Shown here: positions 30,371 to 38,805 of the stretch, one piece after another
How positions within the stretch are numbered: position 1 is the stretch's first letter
Layout: each line of letters opens with the position of its first letter
NCBI GenBank assembly: GCA_965204375.1
Contig: OZ241986.1
Location: forward strand, 3,008,001 to 3,072,000
Origin: Candidatus Latescibacterota bacterium
GTDB taxonomy: Bacteria > Latescibacterota > UBA2968
Reading direction: 5' to 3'
DNA: 64,000 bases
Program-made: the position numbers and the translations under genes
Notes under the pieces: generated by a model
What the model saw: only the letters and a program-made list of their open reading frames with translations
What the model was told of the DNA's origin: nothing
Databases searched by the model: none

Positions 30371-30734
30371 ACGGGATTGGTTTGAGAAGGCAGATCAAGA
30401 TTTGGAGATGGCACGTCGGGCATTGGACCCTAAACAGCCTCTACCCGAGATGGCCTGCTATCACGCCCAGCAATGCGCTGAGAAATATCTAAAAGGCTAT
30501 CTAATCGCCCATTCTGTGTCCTTTCGCTTCGTACACGATCTCATTTATCTTACGCAGTTATGTATGGCACAAGATTCGGCCTTTGAGGAACTGATGCCAG
30601 GTGTCGAAATTTTAAACGAATATGGAGCGACAACGCGCTATCCAATGGAAGGCTCTGTGGAGCCTGATATAGAGACAGCCAGGGAGGCGATTCGTCTCGC
30701 CGAACAGGTTGCTGCTTTAGTCATGAAGGGTTAG
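30351..30734 (+). CDS. HEPN-domain protein (MNT-HEPN pair)
   Basis: ACYHAQQCAEKYLKGYL, HDL, TRYP; overlaps the MNT gene. Confidence 0.9.
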   Translation: MNGESPERDWFEKADQDLEMARRALDPKQPLPEMACYHAQQCAEKYLKGYLIAHSVSFRFVHDLIYLTQLCMAQDSAFEELMPGVEILNEYGATTRYPMEGSVEPDIETAREAIRLAEQVAALVMKG

Positions 30735-30752
30735 ACGAGGAGAAAGTGTAAA

Positions 30753-31520
30753 GTGACAATAAAAATACCAAAAAAGGAGGAATGCTTAAAACTGCGAAAA
30801 AGATTGCAGAAAGCAAGATATCAGGTCTTAGAAGACGGAGAAAACTGGCTTGGAATAGCGCAGGCAATTGAGGCAGTGGGAAATGCAATAGCGAAGAAAT
30901 CAAAGGTCGAAACAGGACTGGGCAACTTGAAGAAGGAACTGCAACAACTTGTAAAAGAGTACCACCCAACAACGGGCCAAGGACAATATAAGGCAGAAGA
31001 GGGACCATTTGAGAGCACTTTTGAAAACCTCTTGGAAGAGGTAAGAAAAACACGGAACGACGAGGCACACACGGGAGTGGCAGCACGGTCAGCAGCAAGA
31101 ATAGCAGTCGTAGTAGGAATCTATCTAGAGGACACTTTGATGGCAGCAAGTGGCGCAGATAAGGATGTGAAACCATATATACAAGAAGAGGTAGTGCGAG
31201 CCTACAAATGGCAGAGGCTGGGAGAGTGCAGACGACTGATGCTGACATATTCTTTCTCGTACCTGCCCATAAAGATAGGAACTGAATGGAAAATGTTATC
31301 AGATGTGGACCTGGCAGAATACCTGGCGGTTAAAGGCCCGGAGGGACGGAAGGAGACAGTAGAAGAAGCGATACAAAACCGACTGAACGTAGAAGATGCC
31401 GCCGAAGTGAAACCTACCTACTGCAAGTGGAAAGCTCTTAAAGAAATGGGAGGGAATGCAGCAGTTGTGATGACAGAAGGAGACCTCGTGGGCATCATAA
31501 CCCCATTTGACTTACTTTAG
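30753..31520 (+). CDS. Putative HEPN-CBS fusion protein
   Basis: RNDEAH (Rx4H) motif; C-terminal FSYLPI...GDLVGIITPFDLL CBS-like pair. Confidence 0.65.
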   Translation: MTIKIPKKEECLKLRKRLQKARYQVLEDGENWLGIAQAIEAVGNAIAKKSKVETGLGNLKKELQQLVKEYHPTTGQGQYKAEEGPFESTFENLLEEVRKTRNDEAHTGVAARSAARIAVVVGIYLEDTLMAASGADKDVKPYIQEEVVRAYKWQRLGECRRLMLTYSFSYLPIKIGTEWKMLSDVDLAEYLAVKGPEGRKETVEEAIQNRLNVEDAAEVKPTYCKWKALKEMGGNAAVVMTEGDLVGIITPFDLL

Positions 31521-31561
31521 GAAAGACGCACAGGTACAGGAAAAACAAACAGGAGGATCGC

Positions 31562-32335
31562 ATGCTGAAACAAGTGCTTGCTGTGCTGGTACTCGTAGGC
31601 CTGATTGAAGGGGCATCCATTGAGAAAGCCAAAATGCTGAATACCCACGGCTTGAAAGACGAGGCCAAACAGGAGTTGATAGACGTAATTTTCGGCACGT
31701 CTGGGGGTGAAGCTAAAGCAGATGCCTATTACTATTTGGGAAACATCGCCTTGACAGAGCGCAAGGTCACGGCGGCGATATCGACATGGAGCGAATTAGT
31801 TGAAAAGTATCCCAATTCTAAGCGGGTTGTCGAAGTGCAACAACAGATTGAAGTGTTGAAGGCCGGGCTATCTGATACTCTTGATGTCGTGTTGGAGAAC
31901 GTAACCGCAAATCTCTATTTGAGGAATGCTGAATTTTGGTTGGAAAATTTACGCCCCATTTCCTCAATAGGTATTGACGCCTGGGGGCTACCGCGTAGCG
32001 AGGCGGGATTCAAGTGGTTGGATAAAGTTATTGAGGAATTTCCGGGCACGACTGAAGCAGAAAAGGCGTATAAATACAAATTTTTTCGGTTGGAACTTGA
32101 GGCGGGAGCAAAGATAATAGAGATAAATAAATTGATCTCCCTTTTTGATTCATTTGAAGCTGCATTTCCTAAATCAACCTTGTTGCAAATGTTTCGATTT
32201 CAAATTGCACAACTCTATCTAAGAAGAGAGAATTTTGAAGCGGCTGACCAGTGGCTTAACAAACTCATTGAAGCAGCAGGGGGCGGGGATACATTTTATA
32301 AACAACTTGCTCAATATCGCCTGAAAATTCGGTAA
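31562..32335 (+). CDS. Secreted TPR-like helical protein
   Basis: Signal peptide; repeated ADAYYYLG...ELVEKYPNS and KVIEEFPGT...AEKAY segments; AGGAGG RBS. Confidence 0.75.
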   Translation: MLKQVLAVLVLVGLIEGASIEKAKMLNTHGLKDEAKQELIDVIFGTSGGEAKADAYYYLGNIALTERKVTAAISTWSELVEKYPNSKRVVEVQQQIEVLKAGLSDTLDVVLENVTANLYLRNAEFWLENLRPISSIGIDAWGLPRSEAGFKWLDKVIEEFPGTTEAEKAYKYKFFRLELEAGAKIIEINKLISLFDSFEAAFPKSTLLQMFRFQIAQLYLRRENFEAADQWLNKLIEAAGGGDTFYKQLAQYRLKIR

Positions 32336-32398
32336 ATTGGTCTCTGATCCCTAATCAACACGCTTGCAAGAGAATTTTAATTTTAACAGGAGGTAGCC

Positions 32399-33760
32399 AT
32401 GGTTGAACAATCACATCTATTAAACGACGAAACAATATTGCATTTTATTGCGCGGGGATATTGCGTAGTCAAAACAAGCGTCGCACCACGCATTCACGCA
32501 CAAATACTGACAGATGCAAAAAAAGTCATGGCAGAGGGAAACCCGGGCAATGACATATTGCACGCCGCACCGGGCTTGCGCGAAATTTTTGACGACGAAG
32601 CAATGGTCGGCGCGCTATCGAGTATCCTCGGCGATTCTTATGTGATGCACTGTCACAGGCATTGCCATCGCAATACCGCAGGCACAGAAGGTCGAAATTT
32701 TCATCAGGATGGTTCAACGCGTCGCTTCGCTGGCTGGAGCCGACCGTGGCGGCGGCACCATCGCCCGCGAACAGTCATGGCGATTTGTTATCCACACCAG
32801 ACGCCGATTGAAATGGGACCCACTGGCATAATGCCCGGAACACAGTATTACAGTGCAAAACCGCAAAATGAGTTCGATTACGAATTCCCATTTGCGGTTG
32901 TCGATCCCGGCGATGTATTGCTCGTACATTTTGATTTATGGCATCGCGTATCCAGCAATACGAGCGACCGCGACCGGTACATGATGAAATTTTTATTCAA
33001 ACGCACAGAAGAGCCAACAGCACCGAGCTGGCATACCGCATCGCATTTCGATCCCGATTTCGACACCCTTGCCCACCGGATAAAACCCGACCATCCATCC
33101 GACGTCTTATTGCGCCATCCCCTCGTATGGGAATTTATATGGCGCTGGATGCGCGGTGAACCTCTGCCTGAGTGGGATGATGACGCACCCGTCTCTGTGG
33201 ATGACATGATGCACAACCTGAACAGCGATGATCCAGGTGTCGTGCTAAACGCGACATACGCCCTGGGACGATTGGGCAAACGCGCAGTGCCCACATTGAT
33301 GGACGTATTACTGGGACCAGATGAAGCACTTCGAGAACAAGTACCCGCAGCACTATCAGCAGCAGGTGGCCACGCGGTAGATCCAGTCGTCCAAGCATTG
33401 ACACACTCGGACGACTGGGTGCGCGCAACGGCTGCGGACACTCTGGGCGACATTGGCTTACCAGCCCTCGACGCACTACCCGCCATTCGCAACGCACTCT
33501 CAGACCGCGACGACTGGGTACGCCACAATGCCACGCGCGCATTGACCATCTGGAGCAAAGCTGCCGAAATCACTCGCGATGACTTGCTCACGGCCTTAAA
33601 AGACGCCGAGCCTTTCGTCGGCTTCAATGCATTAACAGCTCTGGAACACATGGACCGCGTTGACGATGCACAGGTACTGCCATTGCTAAAAGCAATGCAA
33701 AACCACAAACACAGCCGACTGCGCTACCAGGTAAACGAAATGCTACAGCGCGTTGCCTGA
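32399..33760 (+). CDS. PhyH-family dioxygenase fused to HEAT repeats
   Basis: FHQDG, GDVLLVHFDLWH; C-terminal DWVRATAADTLG-type repeats. Confidence 0.88.
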   Translation: MVEQSHLLNDETILHFIARGYCVVKTSVAPRIHAQILTDAKKVMAEGNPGNDILHAAPGLREIFDDEAMVGALSSILGDSYVMHCHRHCHRNTAGTEGRNFHQDGSTRRFAGWSRPWRRHHRPRTVMAICYPHQTPIEMGPTGIMPGTQYYSAKPQNEFDYEFPFAVVDPGDVLLVHFDLWHRVSSNTSDRDRYMMKFLFKRTEEPTAPSWHTASHFDPDFDTLAHRIKPDHPSDVLLRHPLVWEFIWRWMRGEPLPEWDDDAPVSVDDMMHNLNSDDPGVVLNATYALGRLGKRAVPTLMDVLLGPDEALREQVPAALSAAGGHAVDPVVQALTHSDDWVRATAADTLGDIGLPALDALPAIRNALSDRDDWVRHNATRALTIWSKAAEITRDDLLTALKDAEPFVGFNALTALEHMDRVDDAQVLPLLKAMQNHKHSRLRYQVNEMLQRVA

Positions 33761-33787
33761 TCAATTGTTAAAAATATGTTACAAGTA

Positions 33788-33816
33788 TTGACTTTTGTGT
33801 TGAATACTTATAATGT
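33788..33816 (+). promoter_or_regulatory. Putative sigma70 promoter
   Basis: TTGACT with TATAAT at 15 bp or TAATGT at 17 bp. Confidence 0.55.
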
Positions 33817-33865
33817 TGCCCGTGCTTGAGACACATTTCCACGTTTCTATTCAGCGAGGACTACA

Positions 33866-34123
33866 ATGGCAGACAAAAAACGGGTTTACTTTCAAGTTCA
33901 GGCTCCCAAAGCAGGTGCGGTTGTCGTATTGGGCGATTTTAACAACTGGGAACAACGGTCTCTGAAACCAAATAAAAAGGGACAATGGAAAACCTGGACA
34001 ACCCTGACACCGGGGCGGTATGAATATCGGTATCAGATCGACGGTGAATGGCGCAACGATCCCGAAGCACCTGCTGTACCCAATGAATTTGGCTCGGAGA
34101 ACAATGTTATGGTCGTAGTATAA
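33866..34123 (+). CDS. Stand-alone glycogen-binding domain (CBM48/AMPK-beta-like)
   Basis: LGDFNNW, LTPGRYEYRYQIDGEWRNDP, NEFGSENN. Confidence 0.92.
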   Translation: MADKKRVYFQVQAPKAGAVVVLGDFNNWEQRSLKPNKKGQWKTWTTLTPGRYEYRYQIDGEWRNDPEAPAVPNEFGSENNVMVVV

Positions 34124-34147
34124 AACCCACTCAAAATTCCAACGCAG

Positions 34148-34186
34148 AATCGCCTGTCCTCTATCTCGGGCAGGCGATTTTTGTTT
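34148..34186 (+). terminator. Intrinsic terminator
   Basis: AATCGCCTGTCC...GGGCAGGCGATT followed by TTTGTTT. Confidence 0.8.
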
Positions 34187-34280
34187 GCCCCCCACTCCCG
34201 TGAATTTTGCCTTTTTTAACACTTTCATATATTTTCTCGTATGCGTATTTTGCACGACCATCGGGCATTGAGGAGGTATA

Positions 34281-35108
34281 ATGTATTCCAAACGCGAGCA
34301 ATTAATTCAAGATGGATACTGTGTATTTGAAAATGTGCTCACCCCCGAAATGGTTGAGCGCACAAACGCAGCATCCAACCGCCTGTTAGACGCGCAAGAC
34401 GCCGAGTATTTTGAGGCACAGAAATCGACGGGAAGTCTGATCAGCATTTACCATGACGACTTTTTTGCCGAACTGGTCACCTGGCCAAAGGCACTCAATG
34501 CTCTGCGAGAAATGGGTTTTGATCACCCCACTTTCTCCTCGGGTTTTATAATCAGCAAACTCCCGCACAGCCCACCCCTATTCTGGCATCAGGACTGGTG
34601 GGGATGGAATGACCCCATCAGCTATGAACCCCTGCCGCAGCAGGTATTTTTAATGTACTACCTCGTAAACACCTCGCGTGAAAACGGGTGTTTGAGATTA
34701 ATCGAAGGTTCGCACTTAAAACGACATCCCCTGCACGACATAACCCCCGAAGCACATACCGAAGATTTGAGACGCGTATCCGATCCAGACCATCCGGCCT
34801 ATCAGTCGTATCCCGACGAGCGCGATGTTCCCGTGCGTGCTGGCGACCTGGTCATTGGCGACTCGCGATTATTGCACAGCGCACACGCCAATAAATCGGA
34901 TCAGCGGCGGACAGTCATCACACTGTGGTATCACCCGATATACAACGAACTACCCGACGGCATGCGCGCCCGCCTGGCGAACCGGCATCCAATACCAGAC
35001 CACTGGTCTGAAGACGCTGCGCAAAAAATCGCGCCCTTAATGCCCCTTTACGAAGGCGAATGTGAAGAGCTCGAATGGAATCGCATTCCCGGACCTGCGT
35101 TGGTGTAA
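34281..35108 (+). CDS. PhyH-family dioxygenase
   Basis: WHQD, ENGCLRLIEGSH, AGDLVIGDSRLLHSAHAN; GAGGAGG RBS. Confidence 0.9.
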   Translation: MYSKREQLIQDGYCVFENVLTPEMVERTNAASNRLLDAQDAEYFEAQKSTGSLISIYHDDFFAELVTWPKALNALREMGFDHPTFSSGFIISKLPHSPPLFWHQDWWGWNDPISYEPLPQQVFLMYYLVNTSRENGCLRLIEGSHLKRHPLHDITPEAHTEDLRRVSDPDHPAYQSYPDERDVPVRAGDLVIGDSRLLHSAHANKSDQRRTVITLWYHPIYNELPDGMRARLANRHPIPDHWSEDAAQKIAPLMPLYEGECEELEWNRIPGPALV

Positions 35109-35127
35109 CAAAAAGAAAAGACAAAAA

Positions 35128-36180
35128 ATGAAAATCGCCGCTCTCATCTCCGGTGGTGTCGATAGTTCCGTGGCTTTGAACATATTAAAAAACGAAGGCC
35201 ACGACCTGACGGCATATTATCTAAAAGTATGGCTCGAAGACGAACTCGCTTTTTTGGGGGAATGTCCCTGGGAAGCCGACCTGAAATTTGTCCGTGCTGT
35301 ATGCGACCAACTCGACGTACCGCTACAAGTAATCTCTCTGCAATCGGAATACCTCGAGCGTGTGGTATCTTATGCACTCGACGAACTGCGCGCTGGACGC
35401 ACACCCAGTCCAGATATATTTTGCAACCAGCGAATCAAATTCGGCGCATTTTTTGACCACATAGACAGCAGCTATGAAAAAGTGGCAACCGGACACTACG
35501 CACAGATCGCACAGATCAACGGAACTTATCATCTAAAATGCGCCCCCGACCCCGTCAAAGATCAGACCTACTTCTTATCCGGCATGTATCAATCGCAGGT
35601 CGCACGGGCATTATTTCCCATCGGGAACATGATGAAAAGCGAAGTGCGCCAACTCGCGCGGGATTTTGACCTGCCAAACCAAGCGCGAAAAGACAGCCAG
35701 GGAATATGTTTCCTGGGCAAAATCAGATATCCAGACTTTATCGCATTTCACCTGGGCGAAAAAAAAGGCGATATTATCGACAGAGAAACCGGACAAATCC
35801 TGGGACCCCATCGGGGCTACTATTATTACACAATTGGACAGCGGTATGGCCTGGGATTGAGCGGAGGCCCCTGGTACGTCGTACAAAAAGATATTGAGTG
35901 CAACATCATCTATGTATCCCACGCCACGAAGCACAAGAAGACATCGCGGAACCAATTTGTCGCGACAAATCCCAATTGGATAGCAGAACCACCAGACAAA
36001 AACGCCCTGCAATTAAAACTACGTCACGGCCCAGAATTGATCAACTGTGAAATCGAAGCAACAGATAACAACCAATTATCCGTAACCATAGCAGAAAAAG
36101 ACTCCGGCATAGCACCCGGACAATTCGCCGTATTTTACGATGGCGACCTCTGCCTCGGAAGTGCGGTAATTGATCACTAA
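35128..36180 (+). CDS. mnmA: tRNA 2-thiouridylase
   Basis: SGGVDSSVA, TPSPDIFCN, ATGHYA, KDQTYFL, DSQGICF, APGQFAVFY. Confidence 0.96.
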   Translation: MKIAALISGGVDSSVALNILKNEGHDLTAYYLKVWLEDELAFLGECPWEADLKFVRAVCDQLDVPLQVISLQSEYLERVVSYALDELRAGRTPSPDIFCNQRIKFGAFFDHIDSSYEKVATGHYAQIAQINGTYHLKCAPDPVKDQTYFLSGMYQSQVARALFPIGNMMKSEVRQLARDFDLPNQARKDSQGICFLGKIRYPDFIAFHLGEKKGDIIDRETGQILGPHRGYYYYTIGQRYGLGLSGGPWYVVQKDIECNIIYVSHATKHKKTSRNQFVATNPNWIAEPPDKNALQLKLRHGPELINCEIEATDNNQLSVTIAEKDSGIAPGQFAVFYDGDLCLGSAVIDH

Positions 36181-36193
36181 AAAAGAGAACATA

Positions 36194-36943
36194 ATGAGCA
36201 TTGAACAGGCGCGTACCGCCGTCGAATCCGGTAATATAGACACTCTAAAGAGACTGATAGCAGAAGATCCGCAACTGGTCAATAAAACCACAGCGGACAA
36301 TCCCCGCACACTTTTGCACACACTTTGCGACTATCCCGCGCACAGACCCAGGTGCCGCGAATCCGCAGAAATTTTGATACGCTCAGGCGCGGATGTCAAT
36401 GCGCGGGCAAAATTCGAAGGAGAAACCGACCCTGGCGAAACACCCATGCACTGGGCAGCCAGCAGTGACGATGCGGAAATGATTGAAGTACTTCTCGATA
36501 GCGGTGCGGAAATCGACATCGATGGCGGGAATATTGCAAACGGCACACCGCTCTGGGAAGCCGTGATATTCGGCATGCAAAACGCAGCGGCAAAGCTAAT
36601 CGAGCGCGGGGCAACCTGCAACCTGATGATCGCTGCCGGCGTGGGGCGGTTCGATCTCGTTGAGAAATTCTTCGATAAGGAAGGCAATATAACGGATCGG
36701 GCGGGCGTCCTTCCGGGATGGACGGAACCCCGGTCTGCGCGAGATTGTATCGACAGTGCCTTCGGAATGGCCTGTCGCAATGGACACCTCGAAACCGCCA
36801 AATGGTTGCTGGGGAAAAAACCGGATATCAACCGCAAAAATCCCGTTGGCGAAACGCCTCTGGATCAAGCTATGGACAGAAAACACACCGAAGTAGCGGA
36901 CTGGTTGATGACAATTGGCGCGAAACGATCCACAGACTTATAA
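36194..36943 (+). CDS. Ankyrin repeat protein
   Basis: GETPMHWAA, GTPLWEA and GETPLDQA repeats. Confidence 0.9.
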   Translation: MSIEQARTAVESGNIDTLKRLIAEDPQLVNKTTADNPRTLLHTLCDYPAHRPRCRESAEILIRSGADVNARAKFEGETDPGETPMHWAASSDDAEMIEVLLDSGAEIDIDGGNIANGTPLWEAVIFGMQNAAAKLIERGATCNLMIAAGVGRFDLVEKFFDKEGNITDRAGVLPGWTEPRSARDCIDSAFGMACRNGHLETAKWLLGKKPDINRKNPVGETPLDQAMDRKHTEVADWLMTIGAKRSTDL

Positions 36944-36969
36944 TGCCATCGCATTCAAGGAAAACCAAC

Positions 36970-37914
36970 ATGAACAGAGTAGGACTGGTTCAACATCCCG
37001 ATTTTCAAAAACACGACACGGGAGGCGCGCATCCCGAGCGTCCCGAGCGACTACAAACACTGCATGCCCATCTGGATGCAACGGGCTTGACAAAAGACCT
37101 CATAACATTCGAACCCCGACATGTCGATACATCCTGGTTGGAAAAAGCGCACACGCCCGAACATATTGCAAATGTAAGAACACGATGCACACAGGGCATC
37201 ACGTACATGGACGATTTTGACACCAGAATCTGTCCGCCATCTTTTGACATAGCCCGACTCGCTGTTGGCGCCACATTTGAAGCCATTGACGCAGTTATGG
37301 ACGCGCGTGTACACACGGCTTTTTGTGCCGTGCGCCCCCCCGGGCACCATGCCGAACGCAATCACGCAATGGGATTTTGTCTATTTAGCAACGCGGTCAT
37401 AGCCGCGCGATATATACAAGAAACATATTCCCTTGAACGCGTGGCAATTGTAGATTGGGACGTGCATCACGGCAATGGCACACAGCACATATTAGAAACC
37501 GACCCCTCGGTATTCTTCTTTAGCATCCACCAATACCCCCATTATCCCGGCACGGGGCGAGCTGACGAAATCGGTATTGGCGAAGGAGAAGGATTCACAC
37601 TAAATGCACCCGTGCCCGCAGGCAGCGATGACGCCGTATATTTGCGCATATTCGACGACGTATTTTTGCCCGCCATGCACACATTTAAACCACAATTTGT
37701 CATTATCTCCGCTGGATTTGACGCGCATCGGTCCGATCCCTTATCGGCCACTCAAGTGACGGAATCCGGTTTTGCCGAAATGACAAAGCGCGTAATGGCT
37801 GTCGCACAAGATCACGCAGAAGGACGGCTGATTTCCCTCCTGGAAGGCGGGTATGATCTGGGCGGCCTCTCGCGCAGCGTCGAATCCCATATAAAGGAAC
37901 TAATGAATGGGTAA
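36970..37914 (+). CDS. Histone deacetylase family protein
   Basis: HPERPER, RPPGHHA, DWDVHHGNGT, SAGFDAH, LEGGY. Confidence 0.95.
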   Translation: MNRVGLVQHPDFQKHDTGGAHPERPERLQTLHAHLDATGLTKDLITFEPRHVDTSWLEKAHTPEHIANVRTRCTQGITYMDDFDTRICPPSFDIARLAVGATFEAIDAVMDARVHTAFCAVRPPGHHAERNHAMGFCLFSNAVIAARYIQETYSLERVAIVDWDVHHGNGTQHILETDPSVFFFSIHQYPHYPGTGRADEIGIGEGEGFTLNAPVPAGSDDAVYLRIFDDVFLPAMHTFKPQFVIISAGFDAHRSDPLSATQVTESGFAEMTKRVMAVAQDHAEGRLISLLEGGYDLGGLSRSVESHIKELMNG

Positions 37915-38794
37915 TACGAAAAAAATTGTAGCATTTCAAGGTGAACGCGGTGCATTTAGCGAAATGGCCGCGCGTTCGTACTTTGGCAAAGACGTCGAAG
38001 TCGTACCGCAACGCAATTTCTCCGCTCTGTTTGCCGCAGTCGAACACGAAGAGTGTACACACGGCATGGTACCCATTGAAAACTCATTGATGGGCAGCAT
38101 TCACGAAAACTACGACCACCTGTCAGCTCACCATTTACAGATCGTCGGCGAACTGAAGTTGCGCATCGTACACAATCTAATTGTAAATCCCGGGGTAAAA
38201 TTAGAAGACATCCGCCATATCTATTCCCAGGCACCTGCACTGGCGCAGTGTACACAATTCACTGCATCTCTGCCACAAGCCGAAACAATTATGACCTCCG
38301 ATACCGCAGGAGCCGTAAAGGCTTTAAAAACATCGGGCGCCCGCGATGCCGCTGCAATAGCGAGTGCCCAGGCAGCCTGGGATTACGATCTGGAAATTTT
38401 GCAGGTGGGCATTGAAGACGACCATCAAAACTACACGCGATTTTTAGTCGTCACATCCGAAGCGCTATCACTTGAAAATCCAGACATCCAAATGCCCGCA
38501 AAAACATCGATCGTATTCGCCATGAAAAATGTGCCCGGCGCATTATTTAAAAGCCTGAGCGTATTTGCATTGCGCGACCTCAACCTGCTCAAAATCGAAT
38601 CTCGGCCCCTTGCGGGCAAACCCTGGGAATACGCCTTCTCGCTCGACTTTGAGGGCCATATCCGTCAAGAACCCTGCGCCCGCGCCATTGAACACCTGCG
38701 CGAAATCGCCACCTTTGTAAAAATCCTCGGCTCTTATCGACAAGGGGACATGGTCGAAGGCAAAGTTTGGAAACGTACAAAAAGTAAAGTATGA
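37907..38794 (+). CDS. pheA: Prephenate dehydratase
   Basis: FQGERGAFSE, PIENS, NYTRF, ACT domain with KIESRP. Confidence 0.94.
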   Translation: MGNTKKIVAFQGERGAFSEMAARSYFGKDVEVVPQRNFSALFAAVEHEECTHGMVPIENSLMGSIHENYDHLSAHHLQIVGELKLRIVHNLIVNPGVKLEDIRHIYSQAPALAQCTQFTASLPQAETIMTSDTAGAVKALKTSGARDAAAIASAQAAWDYDLEILQVGIEDDHQNYTRFLVVTSEALSLENPDIQMPAKTSIVFAMKNVPGALFKSLSVFALRDLNLLKIESRPLAGKPWEYAFSLDFEGHIRQEPCARAIEHLREIATFVKILGSYRQGDMVEGKVWKRTKSKV

Positions 38795-38805
38795 AAGGAC
38801 CTTAC

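Noticed and set aside
32878-33708. 276-aa antisense ORF
   Set aside because: Ser/Ala-rich shadow of the PhyH-HEAT gene
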